Notes: generated from the letters alone by a model not told the origin. A DNA stretch of 64,000 nucleotides from Octopus vulgaris (GCA_951406725.2 OX597832.1:23312001-23376000), one strand, 5' to 3'. Shown: positions 39,006 through 53,690, numbered from the stretch's first letter. Numbers and translations are program-made.

Positions 39006-39837
39006 TCTTTCATAAACCCTTGTTTTACTACCAATACAGAACCACTGTTTTCTTTTTTACCGTTTCCTACTCATTTCCACCTTTCTTTTCGCCATTCCAT
39101 TCTAGATCTTCTCAAATGCTTCTCTTTCTCTTACCGAGCACCTAATCACCAATACAGCCAAGCAACAAATCACTCTTTTAAAGCATTTGTAACACAAAAT
39201 TCTTAAAACTGTGTATCGCAACTTCATTTACATTCTCCATATACGCAACATATTTTCGAGCAACACCGTTTAATGAGCGTGATTCATTTATCAACCGAAA
39301 GCCAATTTTCCCCTAATTGATTTTTAGAATTCGAATGGTTTCTAAATACCAGAACCAATCTTGCTTCACTCAGTATATTAAGTTTTTTCTGCTTCCATAA
39401 ATCAACCAGTTTCCACCTCACCATTCCCCCCCCCCCTATTCTTCTAATTCCTTCCTTCTCAAAGTGTTTACGTTTCCATTTCCAATATTCCGAATGAGTT
39501 CACATGTAATATTGCATATCATTAATTTTGTACGTGTAATATCTTTTTTTTTTTAAAAAAAAACTTCGTTGTTATATTCTGAACATTCGAGAGAAGACTG
39601 ACAAATGAAGATTCATACTATATTACATTTTGCAGCTTTAATTAGTTTTTTTTCAATCTCCTTTTTACCTGTATTACATAACTATAGTTTACAGGCTCTA
39701 GCGCGCGCACACCTACCCACCCACCTCGACAGACACACATGTACAAACACACACACACACACATAGATAAAAAGATACAGCTATATACACAATACATACT
39801 TACATACATGTACGTACAAAAACACACACATATAGCT

Positions 39838-39933
<96 letters not shown>

Positions 39934-40078
39934 AAATATATATATATATATATATAAATATATATGTGTATATATATATATGTGTGTGTGTGTGTATGTA
40001 TGTATAAATGTAGTTATCTGTCTATATATATATATAAAATATATATATATAGACAGATAACTACATTTATACATACAT

Positions 40079-40138
<60 letters not shown>

Positions 40139-40155
40139 GCACACATATATATATA

Positions 40156-40293
40156 TGTCTGATGAACGGCAACGGGAAACTCAGAGTAACAGGTTTTGTT
40201 GAATTTTCTGGTGCTTTAAATAAAGCATATTACTCTACCACTGGTATTTGAGTATTCTTTTTTCCACCTCGTTTCACATTTATGTTTACTCCG

Positions 40294-40294
<1 letters not shown>
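40156..40294 (+). ncRNA. Minimal hammerhead ribozyme in a PLE pseudo-LTR-like repeat
   Basis: tgt-CTGATGA-acggcaacgg-GAAACTC-a-GAGTA-aca, then ~100 bp shared with 45843-45950; (TA)n on both sides. Confidence 0.7.
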
Positions 40295-40345
<51 letters not shown>

Positions 40346-40346
40346 C

Positions 40347-40382
<36 letters not shown>

Positions 40383-40821
40383 TGAAAGAAAAAATCACAT
40401 ATTTAATTAAGTAAAAATATGTAATTAAATATGTGATTTGAAGAAATAATATGTGATATGTAAATAACTGTATTTTTTTTTTAATACAGCCATCCAGCAT
40501 TCTGAACGCCTTATTCTTTCATATGTACATCACCCCCAAAACTAAGTGAAAGAAAAGGGGACAACAACACTTCCAGATAGACGATAAAAAAAAAAAAAAA
40601 CGCGGACGGGTCATTCGAAGCCTTTTATCTTCTGTCAAGAACCGGATCATCCCCGCAATTTCGGCTGATTAATCTTGAGATTTCTCCAATCTGGCCAGCC
40701 CCAAGGAAAAACTAAGCTAAGAGCATTAGATATCTTAGAAAAAAAGCATCGAATATGTACGAAAACAAGGATAGAAAAACAGACGATGTTACACGAATAT
40801 AAATACAAAAATACAATAAAA

Positions 40822-40912
<91 letters not shown>

Positions 40913-41121
40913 TAGAAAAATTGAGGTAATCAGATCAGATGGTTCATATTTGTAGATATTTATTTATATATTACATTTTTTACATATATATCATATCATT
41001 CGGATTAGCGCTTGCTCCCATTCTAGTGGGTTTTCAAATCAAATCAGTTGTGGGTAGTTTGAACCTTTTTATAGTTTCGTAGTAGTGGGTGAGGAGGAAG
41101 TGAGACAGAGAGAAAATATGT

Positions 41122-41201
<80 letters not shown>

Positions 41202-41409
41202 ATTTATATCTGAGAGTGAAGAAGTGTTATTTCCGTTGGTCTGCTGGACCCCCTGTGGTTTTATAAGAACTTTGGCTGTCCATTTCAATGTCACTGAGTG
41301 TGTGTTGTGCATAGGTTGGCCTGGCAAATGTCATTTGGGGTCACACTTTCTATGATCATTCTGTGGAGGTGTGTGTGTGTGTGTGTCTCTGTGTGTCTGT
41401 GTGTGTTTT

Positions 41410-41447
<38 letters not shown>

Positions 41448-41964
41448 TGTGTGTGTCTGTGTGTTTGGAGAAGGGGAGAGAGACAAAAAGAGAAAAGGGA
41501 AAATAAAAATAATAATAATAAAAATAAAAAATTAAAAAATTAAAAAAATAAAATAAAATAAAAACAAAAAATAAAAAATAAAATAAAAAAATATAAAGAA
41601 TAAATAAAAATATAAAGAATAAAAAATAAAAAAATAAAAATAAAAATAAAAATAAAAATAAGGGAGGAAGTGGAGAAGAAAAAATATTTTTGTGTGTTGA
41701 TATTTATACCAACACATATATATACACACACACAGACTTATACATAAAATATTTGAAAAAACCTTTTTATCGGTTCAAAATGAACAACCAAATTATACCA
41801 TCTTGAAAGTTGTATGTCATAGGAAAGTTAAAATTAAAGTGACAATTAAAGGGTAAAGATGGAAGTGAATTATAAAGATAATAATATAATATGATGTATA
41901 TAACAGGCAATACACACATCTACACACACACAGATTTTTCCTTCAATGTATGTTGAGTAAAGTT

Positions 41965-42404
41965 TCAGCCATTTAATTTGGGGGAGAACTTAGCTATGAA
42001 ATGTTTTTCCATATTCCTCCTGAAGGGGGTGTCATTCTTCGGACACTTGTAGAAGGGAAATATCTTAAATTTTCCTTCTCCACATGTAGCTAGGTGTGTG
42101 CTTAGTGGTATTTTGCGTAGTTCTTCCTGCCGAATATGTTGTCGGTGGATCCTGGCTCGCTGGCACAAAGAATTACCAGTTTCTCCTACGTAATTCTCCT
42201 TGCATGTGGGGCAGGTTATGCAGTATATGACGTTCTGCGTCTTGCAGTTCATATCTGCATTTACTTTGAATATGACACCATTTTTAAATCTTATCTCTCT
42301 GTTGCTCTCTATGTATTTGTAGGTGGGGTTGCTGCAGGTCCCACATCTACCATCTCCGCACTCTTTTGCAAAGAATTCCGTTTTAGTTTCTGAAGAGAAT
42401 TTCG

Positions 42405-42408
<4 letters not shown>
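41965..42408 (-). mobile_element. Penelope-like element 3' fragment encoding a GIY-YIG endonuclease
   Basis: Open frame CGDGRCGTC...NVIYCITCPTCKENYVGETG...RARIHRQHIR...HLATC...RRNMEKHFI...PKLN; the 5' end abuts (TA)n. Confidence 0.9.
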
Positions 42409-42452
<44 letters not shown>

Positions 42453-42493
42453 ACGTATATACACATATACATAAATGCATATATTTGTGTATG

Positions 42494-42528
<35 letters not shown>

Positions 42529-43191
42529 ATGTGTGTCAGAACGTAGGGTGGGGTGTGAAGTATAATTGTAACAACGATAGAAATAATATGTACAATAAAT
42601 ACATCAATTCGATGTATTTCTCTGTAAGTAAATAAACAAATAGATAAATGCTGGAAAGATCAAAATATCAACCCATAAAAAAAGTTGTTTTAACCTTCCA
42701 GCAATTCAAGCGATTCTACCTAACCTTCTTGAATAACGTCTAGAATAAATATTTTCTTTTCTTTCCCTCTTCCTCTCGTCTCTTTCTCTCTCTCCCCTTC
42801 CCTCGTTCTTCCGTTTCTCTTCACAGAACCTATCGCATTCTTGGTCTTTGCGTATTTTCTGTACCTCCCCGCTTCACTACATCCCTTTTTCACTCCCATT
42901 TTCTCTTCTTTCCGATGCTATATTTCATTCCGACTTTTCTATCCAAACATATATATTTTACGTAATGTAACTATGGAAAAACGAACCACCCATGAGCCTC
43001 ACTGAGGTCGCCCGATCTGCTAGATATAGCAACCAATTCTCCTTCAATTCCATAACTATCTCACGTTTCTCAGGAAAAGACACTGGTTAATTTTGTCCTA
43101 TTTTCCTGGTTTGTAGGAAAATGAACAGATCGTCACGGACGGAGAGCCTGTGTGTTTAAATCTGTTCGATAAGAGCTGATTTAGTGTTAAT

Positions 43192-43849
43192 AGGCGACGG
43201 ACTGGCAGAAACGTTAGCACACCGGACATAATGCTTAGCGGTATTTCGTCTGCCGCTACGTGCTGAGTTCAAATTCCGCCGAGGTCGTCTTTGCCTTTCA
43301 TCCTTTCAGGGTCAATTAAATAAGTACCAGTTACACACAGGGGTCGATGTAATCGACTTACTCCGTTTGTCTGTCCTTGTTTGTCCCCTCTGTGTGTAGC
43401 CCCTTGTGGGTAGTAAAGAAATAGGTATTTCGTCTGCCTTTCATCCTTTCAGGGTCAATTAAATAAGTACCAGTTACACACAGGGGTCGATGTAATCGAC
43501 TTACTCCGTTTGTCGGTCCTTGTTTGTCCCCTCTGTGTTTAGCCCCTTGTGGGTAGTAAAGAAATAGGTATTTCGTCTGCCTTTCATCCTTTCGGGCGTC
43601 GATAAATTAAGTACCAGTAAACGCACTGGGTCGATGTAATCGACTTAATCCCTTTCTCCTTGTTTGTCCCCTCTGTGTTTAGCCCCTTGTGGGTAGTAAA
43701 GAAATAGGTATTTCGTCTGCCTTTCATCCTTTCGGGGGTCGATAAATTAAGTACCAGTAAATGCACTGGGTCGATGTAATCGACTTAATCCCTATCTCCT
43801 TGTTTGTCCCTTCTATGTTAAGCCTCTTGTGAACAATAAAGAAATAAGT
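43192..43849 (+). mobile_element. SINE family B tetramer (one head plus three ~140-bp headless units) within a single TSD
   Basis: Units restart at 43424, 43567 and 43707; TSD GCTGATTTAGTGTTAA at 43175-43190 and 43850-43865. Confidence 0.92.
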
Positions 43850-44148
43850 GCTGATTTAGTGTTAAAAACAAGCAAAATAGAACTAATTTAAACGTGAAAA
43901 TGGATTCCATTTACGAATGAAAAGTTTGAAGGTGACTAAGTACATTCTGACATTCTGACCGCTATCTCGGTGCTGGGAAATATTATTTATATAGCTACAG
44001 TTTGAGTATAATTGATATGGGTATATGTGTGCGCGGCGGGGTTATGATTTCCGCTGAAGAAATACCCGTGGATACTTTAAAATGTATCATTTCATTTTGT
44101 TTTTCATTACATCTAGTTTCAGCTCACGAGCTGTGGCCATGCTGGGGC

Positions 44149-44202
<54 letters not shown>

Positions 44203-44379
44203 TTATAAGGTCATCGTGTTTATATTAATCTGTGTTCATCAAATGCATTTCGCATGTTGTATTGAAACAAGTGTAACTACAGGATTGAAGATAATATCAA
44301 AAATTCCATTTTTTTAAAAATTTGAGATATATATAGCTACATATGTATATAGATATATGTATGCGTACGCACGTATGCT

Positions 44380-44765
44380 GAGGTGCAATGGCCCAGTGGT
44401 TAGGGCAGCAGACTCGCGGTAATAGTATGGCGGTTTCGATTCCCAGAGCGGCCATTGTTAGTGTTTATTGAGCAAAAACAACTAAAACTCCACGAGGCTT
44501 CGACAATGGGTGTTGGTGAACCCTGCGGTACTCTTTCTTCCTGCTTCTGTTGTACCTGTATTTCGAAGGGCCAGCCTGGTCACACTCTGGTGCCAAGCTG
44601 TATCGAACTTTGCTCTTCTCTTGGATAACATCGGTGGCGTAGAGAGGCGAGGCTGGTATGCATGGGCGACTGCTGGTCTTCCATGGCCAATTTGGCTAGA
44701 CTGGTGCCTCGGAGGGTAACTTTCTAGGTGCAATCCCATGGTCATTCATGACCGAAGGGGGTCAC
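44380..44765 (+). mobile_element. SINE family C, full length (tRNA-derived head)
   Basis: GAGGTGCAATGGCCCAGTGGTTAGGGCAGCAGACTCGCGG...GGTTTCGATTCCC head; tail GGTGCAATCCCATGGTCATTCATGACCGAAGGGGGTC shared with 62051-62087. Confidence 0.88.
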
Positions 44766-44797
44766 ACAATGTGTACGTATATGAGTGTATATATATA

Positions 44798-44962
44798 TTT
44801 CTTTACTGCCCACAAGGGGCTAAACATAGAGGGGACAAACAAGGACAGACGAAGGGATTGAGTCGATTACTGGTACTTTATTTATCGACCCCGAAAGAAT
44901 GAAAGGCAAAGTTGACCCCGGCGGAATTTGAACTCAGAACGTAACGACAGACGAAATACCGC
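44798..44962 (-). mobile_element. SINE family B, headless
   Basis: Reverse complement of the family B body and tail. Confidence 0.85.
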
Positions 44963-45716
44963 TTTGTATATATATGTGTGAGTGCGTGCATTCGTGTGTG
45001 TATGTGTTAGTCTCTGTGTGTGTGTATGTGTGTGAGTGTGTTTGTGTTTGTGTAAACATAGAGAGTTATGAATGAAAAGTGATGTGTAAGATTAGAATTC
45101 GAATAACAAGAATTATCAATAAAAGTCGAAAATCATGTAGCTGCGATTTCGGGAAAGTGTAAATTAACACACAACTTCCATAACGGATATTGTATCCCAA
45201 CGAATAGCACAACAAATTCAGCTTCTCTAGATATACTTCTATTTAGTGTGATACACAGATTGACATTTTCAACTAATGCTGCAGTAGCTACTAACGAACT
45301 TTTATTCAGTCAGTAAGTTACCTGCAAAATCAGGGATTTTAAAATTATTTTTCTGCTGTAATGAAGTTTTTTTTCTTCTTGGTATGCAGTTGCCTTAAGG
45401 CACATCGTGCGGAAGAATCGCAGGAAAAAGGAGAAATGTGTATCGACCATTCTTGCCACCGCTGCTAGGCGACTTCCGTCTACTGCAGCGCCTGTTAATT
45501 TGGTTTCCTATGATCTCTCAGCACGTCTATGACATATACACTGTAAATACATATACCCACCGCCACACATGTATATATGATATATAATATGCATCTGTAT
45601 ATATACTTATACGTACATAAACACACATATTCATATATATATATTGTTGTATTTGAGAATGGTCATTTTACCAGTTTAGCCAATAAAAAATCTTGCACAA
45701 GAAATATATAAACGCA

Positions 45717-45747
<31 letters not shown>

Positions 45748-45800
45748 CATATATACTTTATTGTTTGAAATTGTTCGAAATTGTTATTTCGGTTCTATTT

Positions 45801-45948
45801 TAACAAAACTGTCCGACGAACGAGAGCGTGAAACTCCGAGTAACAGCTTTTGTTATATTTCTGCTGCTTTTAAATAAAGCATATTACTCTACCTCTGGTA
45901 TTTGAGTACTCCTTTTTCCACCTTGTTTCACATTTCTGTGCTTACTCC

Positions 45949-45950
<2 letters not shown>
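45801..45950 (+). ncRNA. Minimal hammerhead motif in a PLE pseudo-LTR-like repeat (same family as 40156)
   Basis: taacaaaactgt-CCGACGA-ACG-agag-CGT-GAAACTC-c-GAGTA-acagcttttgtta; long stem I, U4 changed to C. Confidence 0.7.
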
Positions 45951-46023
<73 letters not shown>

Positions 46024-46124
46024 AAGTTTATTTGCCAACAAAATGCTGTTTTCTCCACTATGGAGTACACGAAGGATGATAAGTTATGGAGACTTTGAGC
46101 AAGTCGTTATAGTATATCAGCTCT

Positions 46125-46201
<77 letters not shown>

Positions 46202-46222
46202 AGTAGTAGTAGTAACAGCAGC

Positions 46223-46264
<42 letters not shown>

Positions 46265-46811
46265 GGTGGTGGTGGTGGTGGTGGTGGTGGTGGTGGTGGT
46301 GGTGGTGGTGGTGGTGGTGATAGTAGTAGTAGTAGTAGTAGTTGTTGTAGTAGTAGTAGTAGCATTATTTGTAGTAATAGTAGTTGTAATAGTGGTGTTG
46401 GTGGTGGTGTTAGTTGCAGTAGGAGGTGGACGAGGAGGAGGTTACGACGATGGCGACGGCGACGACTAGCAGAATGAGTAAGGGTCGTAGGGGTAGGAGT
46501 AGTAGGAGCAGCTGTAAGAAGGGGAGGTGGTGGATGGCAGAGAAAACAAGCAGTTTCGCTAAATTATACGTTGTGATTGGATTTGATTAAGTATTGAGGA
46601 AAAAAAAAGAATTTGAACTGATTGATATGTTATGTGATCTTTCGTACAATGAATGGCAAGGCAACATGTGTGTGTGAGATGTATATACGTATGTATGTAT
46701 TTGGATGTGTATGCCTTTGTGTGTGTTTATGTTCATGCTTGTGTGTGTGTGTATGTGTGTGTGCGTTAGAGTATGTGCACGCGCGTATGATAGGCAGTGT
46801 GCATATGCATG

Positions 46812-46850
<39 letters not shown>

Positions 46851-46869
46851 GTAGACGCAAATGAATATA

Positions 46870-46922
<53 letters not shown>

Positions 46923-47035
46923 CACACAAATATATATACATGTGTGTGTGTGTATATATATATGCGTTTCGTAGAAACTATGAATATGTTTATATGAATA
47001 TAAATGTCATATGAGGTAATAACATAAAATATGGC

Positions 47036-47104
<69 letters not shown>

Positions 47105-47874
47105 TTATGGATTATGTATGTATGGGTAGTTAGATACATAGATAGATACATAGATATATATACATATATATGTGTATACATATAAATATACATCCACTCT
47201 ATATCTGCAAATATATGTGTGCATGTATGTATATACATATATGTGTGTGTACTTGTGTATATACATGCTTTTATAGGCATACATAATGCGCACAGATGTA
47301 TATAACATAAACACGCATGCACACATACACATACGTATCTATGTCTGAATTTGTTTCCATAAAAATATGTGTCAGTATATATATGCTTATAACCAGATAC
47401 AAATAACTATATACACGTATAATATGCCCGATCTTATGCAAAGCACAAAGCGCAAAATGATTGCACTTTGCAATTACAGATGAAATCAGCGGAAGAAATA
47501 AACATAGGGTTGGTCCCGTTTGGTGACATACGCCGCTATTTCGAACCAGAATAATTTCATATTTGCGATGTTTTAGCTACATGATTGACTGAGCAGTGTA
47601 TTCAATATGTCGACTCAACATACGCATAGACTCATATGCATACACACGCTAACAAACCTACGGCAACATGTAAATTCATACACATTATTAAACCGCCCAC
47701 ACACACAAATGAACATACGTAGTATCATGTGAATAGAATTTAAATTTTTGATGTATACGTGCGTAGTTTGTAGCCGACAGTTTTTTTTTTCAAATCTGCC
47801 AATATGGCACTGTGTATGGGTATATATGTATGTTTCTATGCTTGAGTGTATATGCATGCGTTTATATATATGAC

Positions 47875-48080
47875 CGTGTGTATCGTTGGCGATTTTCTTT
47901 CTCCGTCCTTTCTTCCTTGGACTTTTCCTTCTTTTCTATATTCCTGACGAAGAGCTCCGCTCGAAACATTAAATCCTCCCTCTTTCTTTCCTTCCTTTTC
48001 TGAGCGTCCAATAACACTATATTTGTTCCACGCGGCCTCGCGTTGTTGTGTTTTCTCTCTGTTCATGTTTGGATTAACTA
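47875..48080 (+). ncRNA. Minimal hammerhead motif in a PLE pseudo-LTR-like repeat
   Basis: CTGACGA-a-GAGC-tcc-GCTC-GAAAC at 47944-47967; downstream CTGAGCGTC...GTTCCAC shared with the 6002-6102 element. Confidence 0.6.
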
Positions 48081-48119
<39 letters not shown>

Positions 48120-48238
48120 AATCTCTGAATGAGGTATGAACAGTAACTGCACGAGAATGTGAAGTATATCTGTCATCTAAATATGGCTAACCACTAAGAA
48201 TGGATGTTACTGTAGCTTGTAGCCCCAGGAGAACATCT
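48120..48238 (+). repeat. Unclassified dispersed repeat (second copy at 57279-57395)
   Basis: AATATGGCTAACCACTAAG...CTGTAGCTTGTAGCCCCAGGA at both loci. Confidence 0.8.
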
Positions 48239-48667
48239 ATATATATATACTCATATACATATTTCTGTATGTATATACGTAAGTCATCTAGTGTACATAA
48301 AGGATGACATATAAATATTCACTTATTAATAAGTTGAACAAAGTTATTTCTATGTAAGTTACCACTGGTTTCATAGATTAAATAATGTCATAATACGTCT
48401 GCACAAAAATCGCACATTCATATGACCTGTCTCAATAGGCAGTAAGACGGTGTTTTAGTGTCATTCTTTATATCGGTGACAGAGAAATTTCGCTGGTATT
48501 CAGTCTACGAAGGTCTCCACTTTAAGACGCGCAGGATGATGAAACCCCATGATATGACAGTTTCGACCTCAATGCCATTTGCGTCAGCGACGGTGTATGT
48601 ATGTACTTTTGTGCACAATGCATCTATATGAGGAGACTTCTCAAGCTGAATATTGCTCTATTCTGTG

Positions 48668-48890
48668 CATAAGTCCAAATTCCATTCTAATAACGGTACT
48701 AAAATAGTAGACTGTGTTCACCAAGGAACTCACTTGTGTCTCATCTTTGCCATACAGTTTCAAATCATCCATGAAGCGGAGGTGGTTGATTGTTTGAGAA
48801 TCTTCCTTTAGCTGGTACCCAACGTTCATTTTCCTAAGTACCAGAGTCAGGGGTGTCATGCAGAGAACGAAAAGCAACGGAGACGGGCTT
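48668..48890 (-). mobile_element. R4/Dong-clade LINE reverse transcriptase fragment
   Basis: SPLLFVLCMTPLT...INHLRFMDDLKLYGK...IRMEFGL; junction in (TTA)n. Confidence 0.88.
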
Positions 48891-48940
48891 ACTATTATTG
48901 TTATTGTTATTATTTTTTTATCATCATCATCATCATCATT

Positions 48941-48984
<44 letters not shown>

Positions 48985-49046
48985 TATCATAATTATCATC
49001 ATCATCGTCATTATTATTATTATTATCATTATTATTATTATTATCA

Positions 49047-49077
<31 letters not shown>

Positions 49078-49804
49078 CATCGTCATCATCATCATTATTA
49101 AGGTCAGTTAACTGCCAGACTCATTAGTGGGTCGGAAAAAATTTACTTGTGGTATTTCTTCCGACCGTTCCTTACATTCAAAATTTCAAATCCGGCTGAC
49201 GTTTAATTTTACCTTTCATCCTTTCGGTCTTGAGCAAATGATGTACCTGTCAAATACTTGTTCTAATTATGGGGCCGACGGTATCCTCTTACACCCTCCC
49301 CTAAAAGTCACTTGCCGTTGTTTCCAAGTTATAGATATTTTATCTATATGACATCAACTCATCATTAAATATTTTTGTCATTAAAAATTACGCCATTTTC
49401 TTTTCACGTTCATTTTCTCTTCTCATTTATTTAATCATATACTTCTTAAGATTTCCGTTTCTTATTAAGTTTCCGGCTTCTTCACATTGATAATCAGCCA
49501 CTTGATTTTTGCTTTATTAGATTCATGACAAATCTATCTCCATATTTATTATATTGTATCTACTTTGATCTTTATATTTTTGTTTCATTCTTTGTTCTTT
49601 AAAATGCTGACATAAGTCAGTATTATGTTTCTTTTTGGCAATACATTCCTTTCAAGCAATTCTTTCTTTATTAACTCTTTACAGAAAGGTCTATATTCCT
49701 TCTATTTTTCCTTTGTCCTGTTGTTCATATATATTTTCTTTTTCTTGCATTAATTCGTTATTCCGTAAGCATGCATTCTCTAAATACTCAGCTGTGTGTA
49801 TATA

Positions 49805-49926
<122 letters not shown>

Positions 49927-50163
49927 GACATATACATAAATATATATATATATGTGTGTGTGTGTGGTGTCTATATGTATGCATGTATGTACGTATGTAT
50001 GTAAGTATGTATGCCTGAATGTTTAGAGAATGATGTGATGAGAGAATAAAGGATTAATACAAAAAGAGAATATATGTATAAGAACAATAGAGAAAAAGGA
50101 AAAAGGAGGAACATAGACTCTCACGTAAGCGGCAGTGTGGGAAATTACTGCCTGAAGAGAAAG

Positions 50164-50299
<136 letters not shown>

Positions 50300-50308
50300 G
50301 GATGGATG

Positions 50309-50385
<77 letters not shown>

Positions 50386-50413
50386 TACATATACATATAT
50401 GAATGTGTGTGTG

Positions 50414-50464
<51 letters not shown>

Positions 50465-51992
50465 CTGTGTAGTTAAAAAGCTCGCTTTGCAATAGCCACG
50501 TGCTTTTAGGTTCAGTTCCACTGCACGGTCACTTGAGTAAATTATTCCAACTGTAGCAGTGAAGGGAATGATTCGTTGAAGTCAAACTGCATTTGGAAGG
50601 TGTTCGTTGTTGGACAGTTTGTTATCAAGCATGATGTCCTTGGAATTTGCCTTAATCTTTCAGTTGCCGATAAAATATAAATACACCAGTTGAATACACT
50701 GACCAATACTTTTGGTTTAACCCTGGGTCACTCCCGCCCAGAAAACACCTAGGTTCAATGGTCAGATGAATGTTTAGTTACAGACTCGCTCTTAATATTT
50801 TAAGAAAGTAACACTGTATTTTGGAGAAAATTATCGTACACCACGGAAATGCTTTCTTGTTGAGGAGCGTGACGAGCGTTGATATGAGACACAAGGGGAA
50901 TAATGAGAGCTTCAAGATGATAACGGGACATAATGATTGAATGCGATTGTGGTAGGTTATATCCAATCTTTGCTTGCAACAAATCGTCCTTCTAGAATGT
51001 CTAGTTGATAACTCCAGACAGTAAAGCTTGTTACAACAACAATGTAAAACTGCTAGAGTAATTACAAAAGCAAATTATTTGCAGCTAGACGTATACGGAT
51101 AAATAGGAAACAGAAGGAAGCATGCAGTCATTGTTAATTTCTTCGTAGCTCTTTCTGCCATTAACTTTCTTTAATCAATCTTCTAAGTTTCTCAAAACTT
51201 GCAACTGTACAAACATTGTCGCGACAAATTTGATTAATATTCGAGCAAGTTCTTGTATTTTAGGCTTCAAATGTTTCAAGTAAATTATAGCGAAATAATT
51301 GTTTCATAACGCAACAGTTCTTCCCCAAAATAGTGTCAGCTAAAATAAAATTCATTAAACTATCGACAGAAGCAGCAACAAAGTTGTCTGGAAAAGTCGA
51401 TCATCACAAAGTTGATAATCTCCTTCGCTATGAACGTTGCTTGTTTCAATATTAATTAGAGCGATCAATTACATTGGAACAAAGATTGGAACAAAGCAAC
51501 TAGCGTAATCGATTGAACTGCTCACAATACATAATCGGTATATCATTCCCCGGAGAAATGAAATGTAAAGACAGCAGTAACAAAATTTGAAAACAGAATC
51601 AATGAAATGTTTTGCACATATCGCTTTTACGTTATTGCTATACCACTGCTTTTTAGTTTCGTGTTTGTTATTCTCTTCCTCCAAAAACGTAAACATGCTT
51701 CATTTTGGAGTAATCACATTTTGAAGTAACATGCACAGATAAATAGGAGATTAAGGTGTTCCTAACAAGAGCAATACAAATAGTCGTATTGCAAGAGAGG
51801 CAAAGAGAGAGAGTGAGAGAGACTACAGACTCAAACATACATCAAACCACGGCACCTCATCGTACTAACAATTAGTTTCCTTTAAATGTTTCGGTTACAG
51901 TACCCTTGATCATTGGGCATTTTTTCCGTTAGTGATCTATGGCTAAACAGTTTCAACGTCTCGATAATGGTAATAAATATATATGTGTGTGC

Positions 51993-52054
<62 letters not shown>

Positions 52055-52097
52055 ATGTATATGTATATATTCTTTTACTCTTTTACTTGTATATACA

Positions 52098-52164
<67 letters not shown>

Positions 52165-52394
52165 TTAATGGTAAATGTTTTTGATTTTCACTCTCGATGA
52201 ATTTATCCCTTTATGTGTCTCTAGCACTAAGCTTCCATATTTGGGACCCTTTATTATATTTCTATATGAATAATATTTTTCTATATGAATAATATTTTGT
52301 CTAATGACTAATTCGTCTTTTGTGTTAGGCCACTCGTAATAATAATCTATGTTATTACCCTTTTTGATTATGTTATATATATATATATATGCTG

Positions 52395-52701
52395 AGATCC
52401 CTTCGCTCATGACTGGCTATAGAAATTGCCCCCCGAGGCACAAGTCCGGGCAAAGGTTCTTTATGGAATACCCAGGCATACTGGCCTCCCCTTTCCACGC
52501 CACCGATGTTATCCAAGGGAAATGCAAAGGTTCATACAGCATGGCACCTGTGACGTCACAACTCATTTCTACAGCTGAGTGAACTGGAGCAACGTGAAAT
52601 AAAGTGTCTTGCTCAAGAACACAAGACGCAGCCCGGTTCGAGATTCGAACTCACAACCTCGCGATCGTAAGCTCGACGCTCTGATCACTGAGCCATGCGC
52701 C
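52395..52701 (-). mobile_element. SINE family C (V-domain-like variant)
   Basis: Reverse complement of 61765-62087. Confidence 0.88.
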
Positions 52702-52704
52702 TTT

Positions 52705-52735
<31 letters not shown>

Positions 52736-53124
52736 CACACACACATATATATATATATATGAGTCATGTGGTAAACACAATGCACGGAATTTAAATATCG
52801 TAAACAAGTTGAAAATCTCTCAAAGATCGATAGTCCTTTACTAATCCTTTTCAAAGCACAAAGATACATACAAGAGGGGTTTCTTACTTTTCGTTTATGT
52901 ATCTTGGATTTCGTAAACAAGTTAAAACTTTCTAAAAAATCGATACTCTTTCACTGACCCTCTTTTTGAAATCACAGTGATGCACCGAACTGGTGACTGT
53001 TACCCGCGCTTTGCAGTAGTGAGTCAACAGGAAACAAAAATATCACATCTTTAGTTCTACAAAGCACCCTAAACCAATGATATTATTAGTACTTACAGCG
53101 CAGGTAATACCACTATATATATTA

Positions 53125-53690
53125 AGGCGGCGAGCTGGCAGAATCGTTAGCACGCCGGACGAAATGCTTAGTGATATTTCGTCTGTCTTTACGTTCTGAG
53201 TTCAAATTCCGCCGAGGTTGACTTTGCCTTTCATCCTTTCGGGGTCGATTAAATAAGTATCAGTTACGCATTTGGGTTGTAATAATCGACTTAATCCGTT
53301 TGTCTGTCCTTGTTTGTCCCCTCTGTGTTTAGCCCCTTGTGGGTAGTAAAGAAATAGGTATTTTGTCTGCTGTTACGCTGTGAGTTCAAATTCCGCCGAG
53401 GTCGACTTTGCCTTTCATCCTTTCGGGGTCGATTTAATAAGTACCAGTTACGCACTGGGGTCGATATAATCGACTTAATCCGTTTGTCCCCTCTGTGTTT
53501 AGCCCCTTGTGGGTAGTAAAGAAATAGGTATTTTGTCTACTGCTACGTTCTGATTTCATGTTCCGCTGAGGTCGACTTTGCCTTTCATCCTCTCGAGATT
53601 GATAAATAAAATACCTGTTGAGCACTGTAAGGACAATATAATCGACAGTCCCCTTCGCCAAATTTTAGCCCTTGTGCCTATAGCAGAAAG
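53125..53690 (+). mobile_element. SINE family B trimer
   Basis: Head at 53125; headless units restart after AAAGAAATA|GGTATTT at about 53357 and 53527. Confidence 0.9.

Noticed and set aside
43192-43849. CRISPR-like array
   Set aside because: Units are ~140-bp SINE bodies with no unique spacers, in a eukaryotic context with no cas genes.
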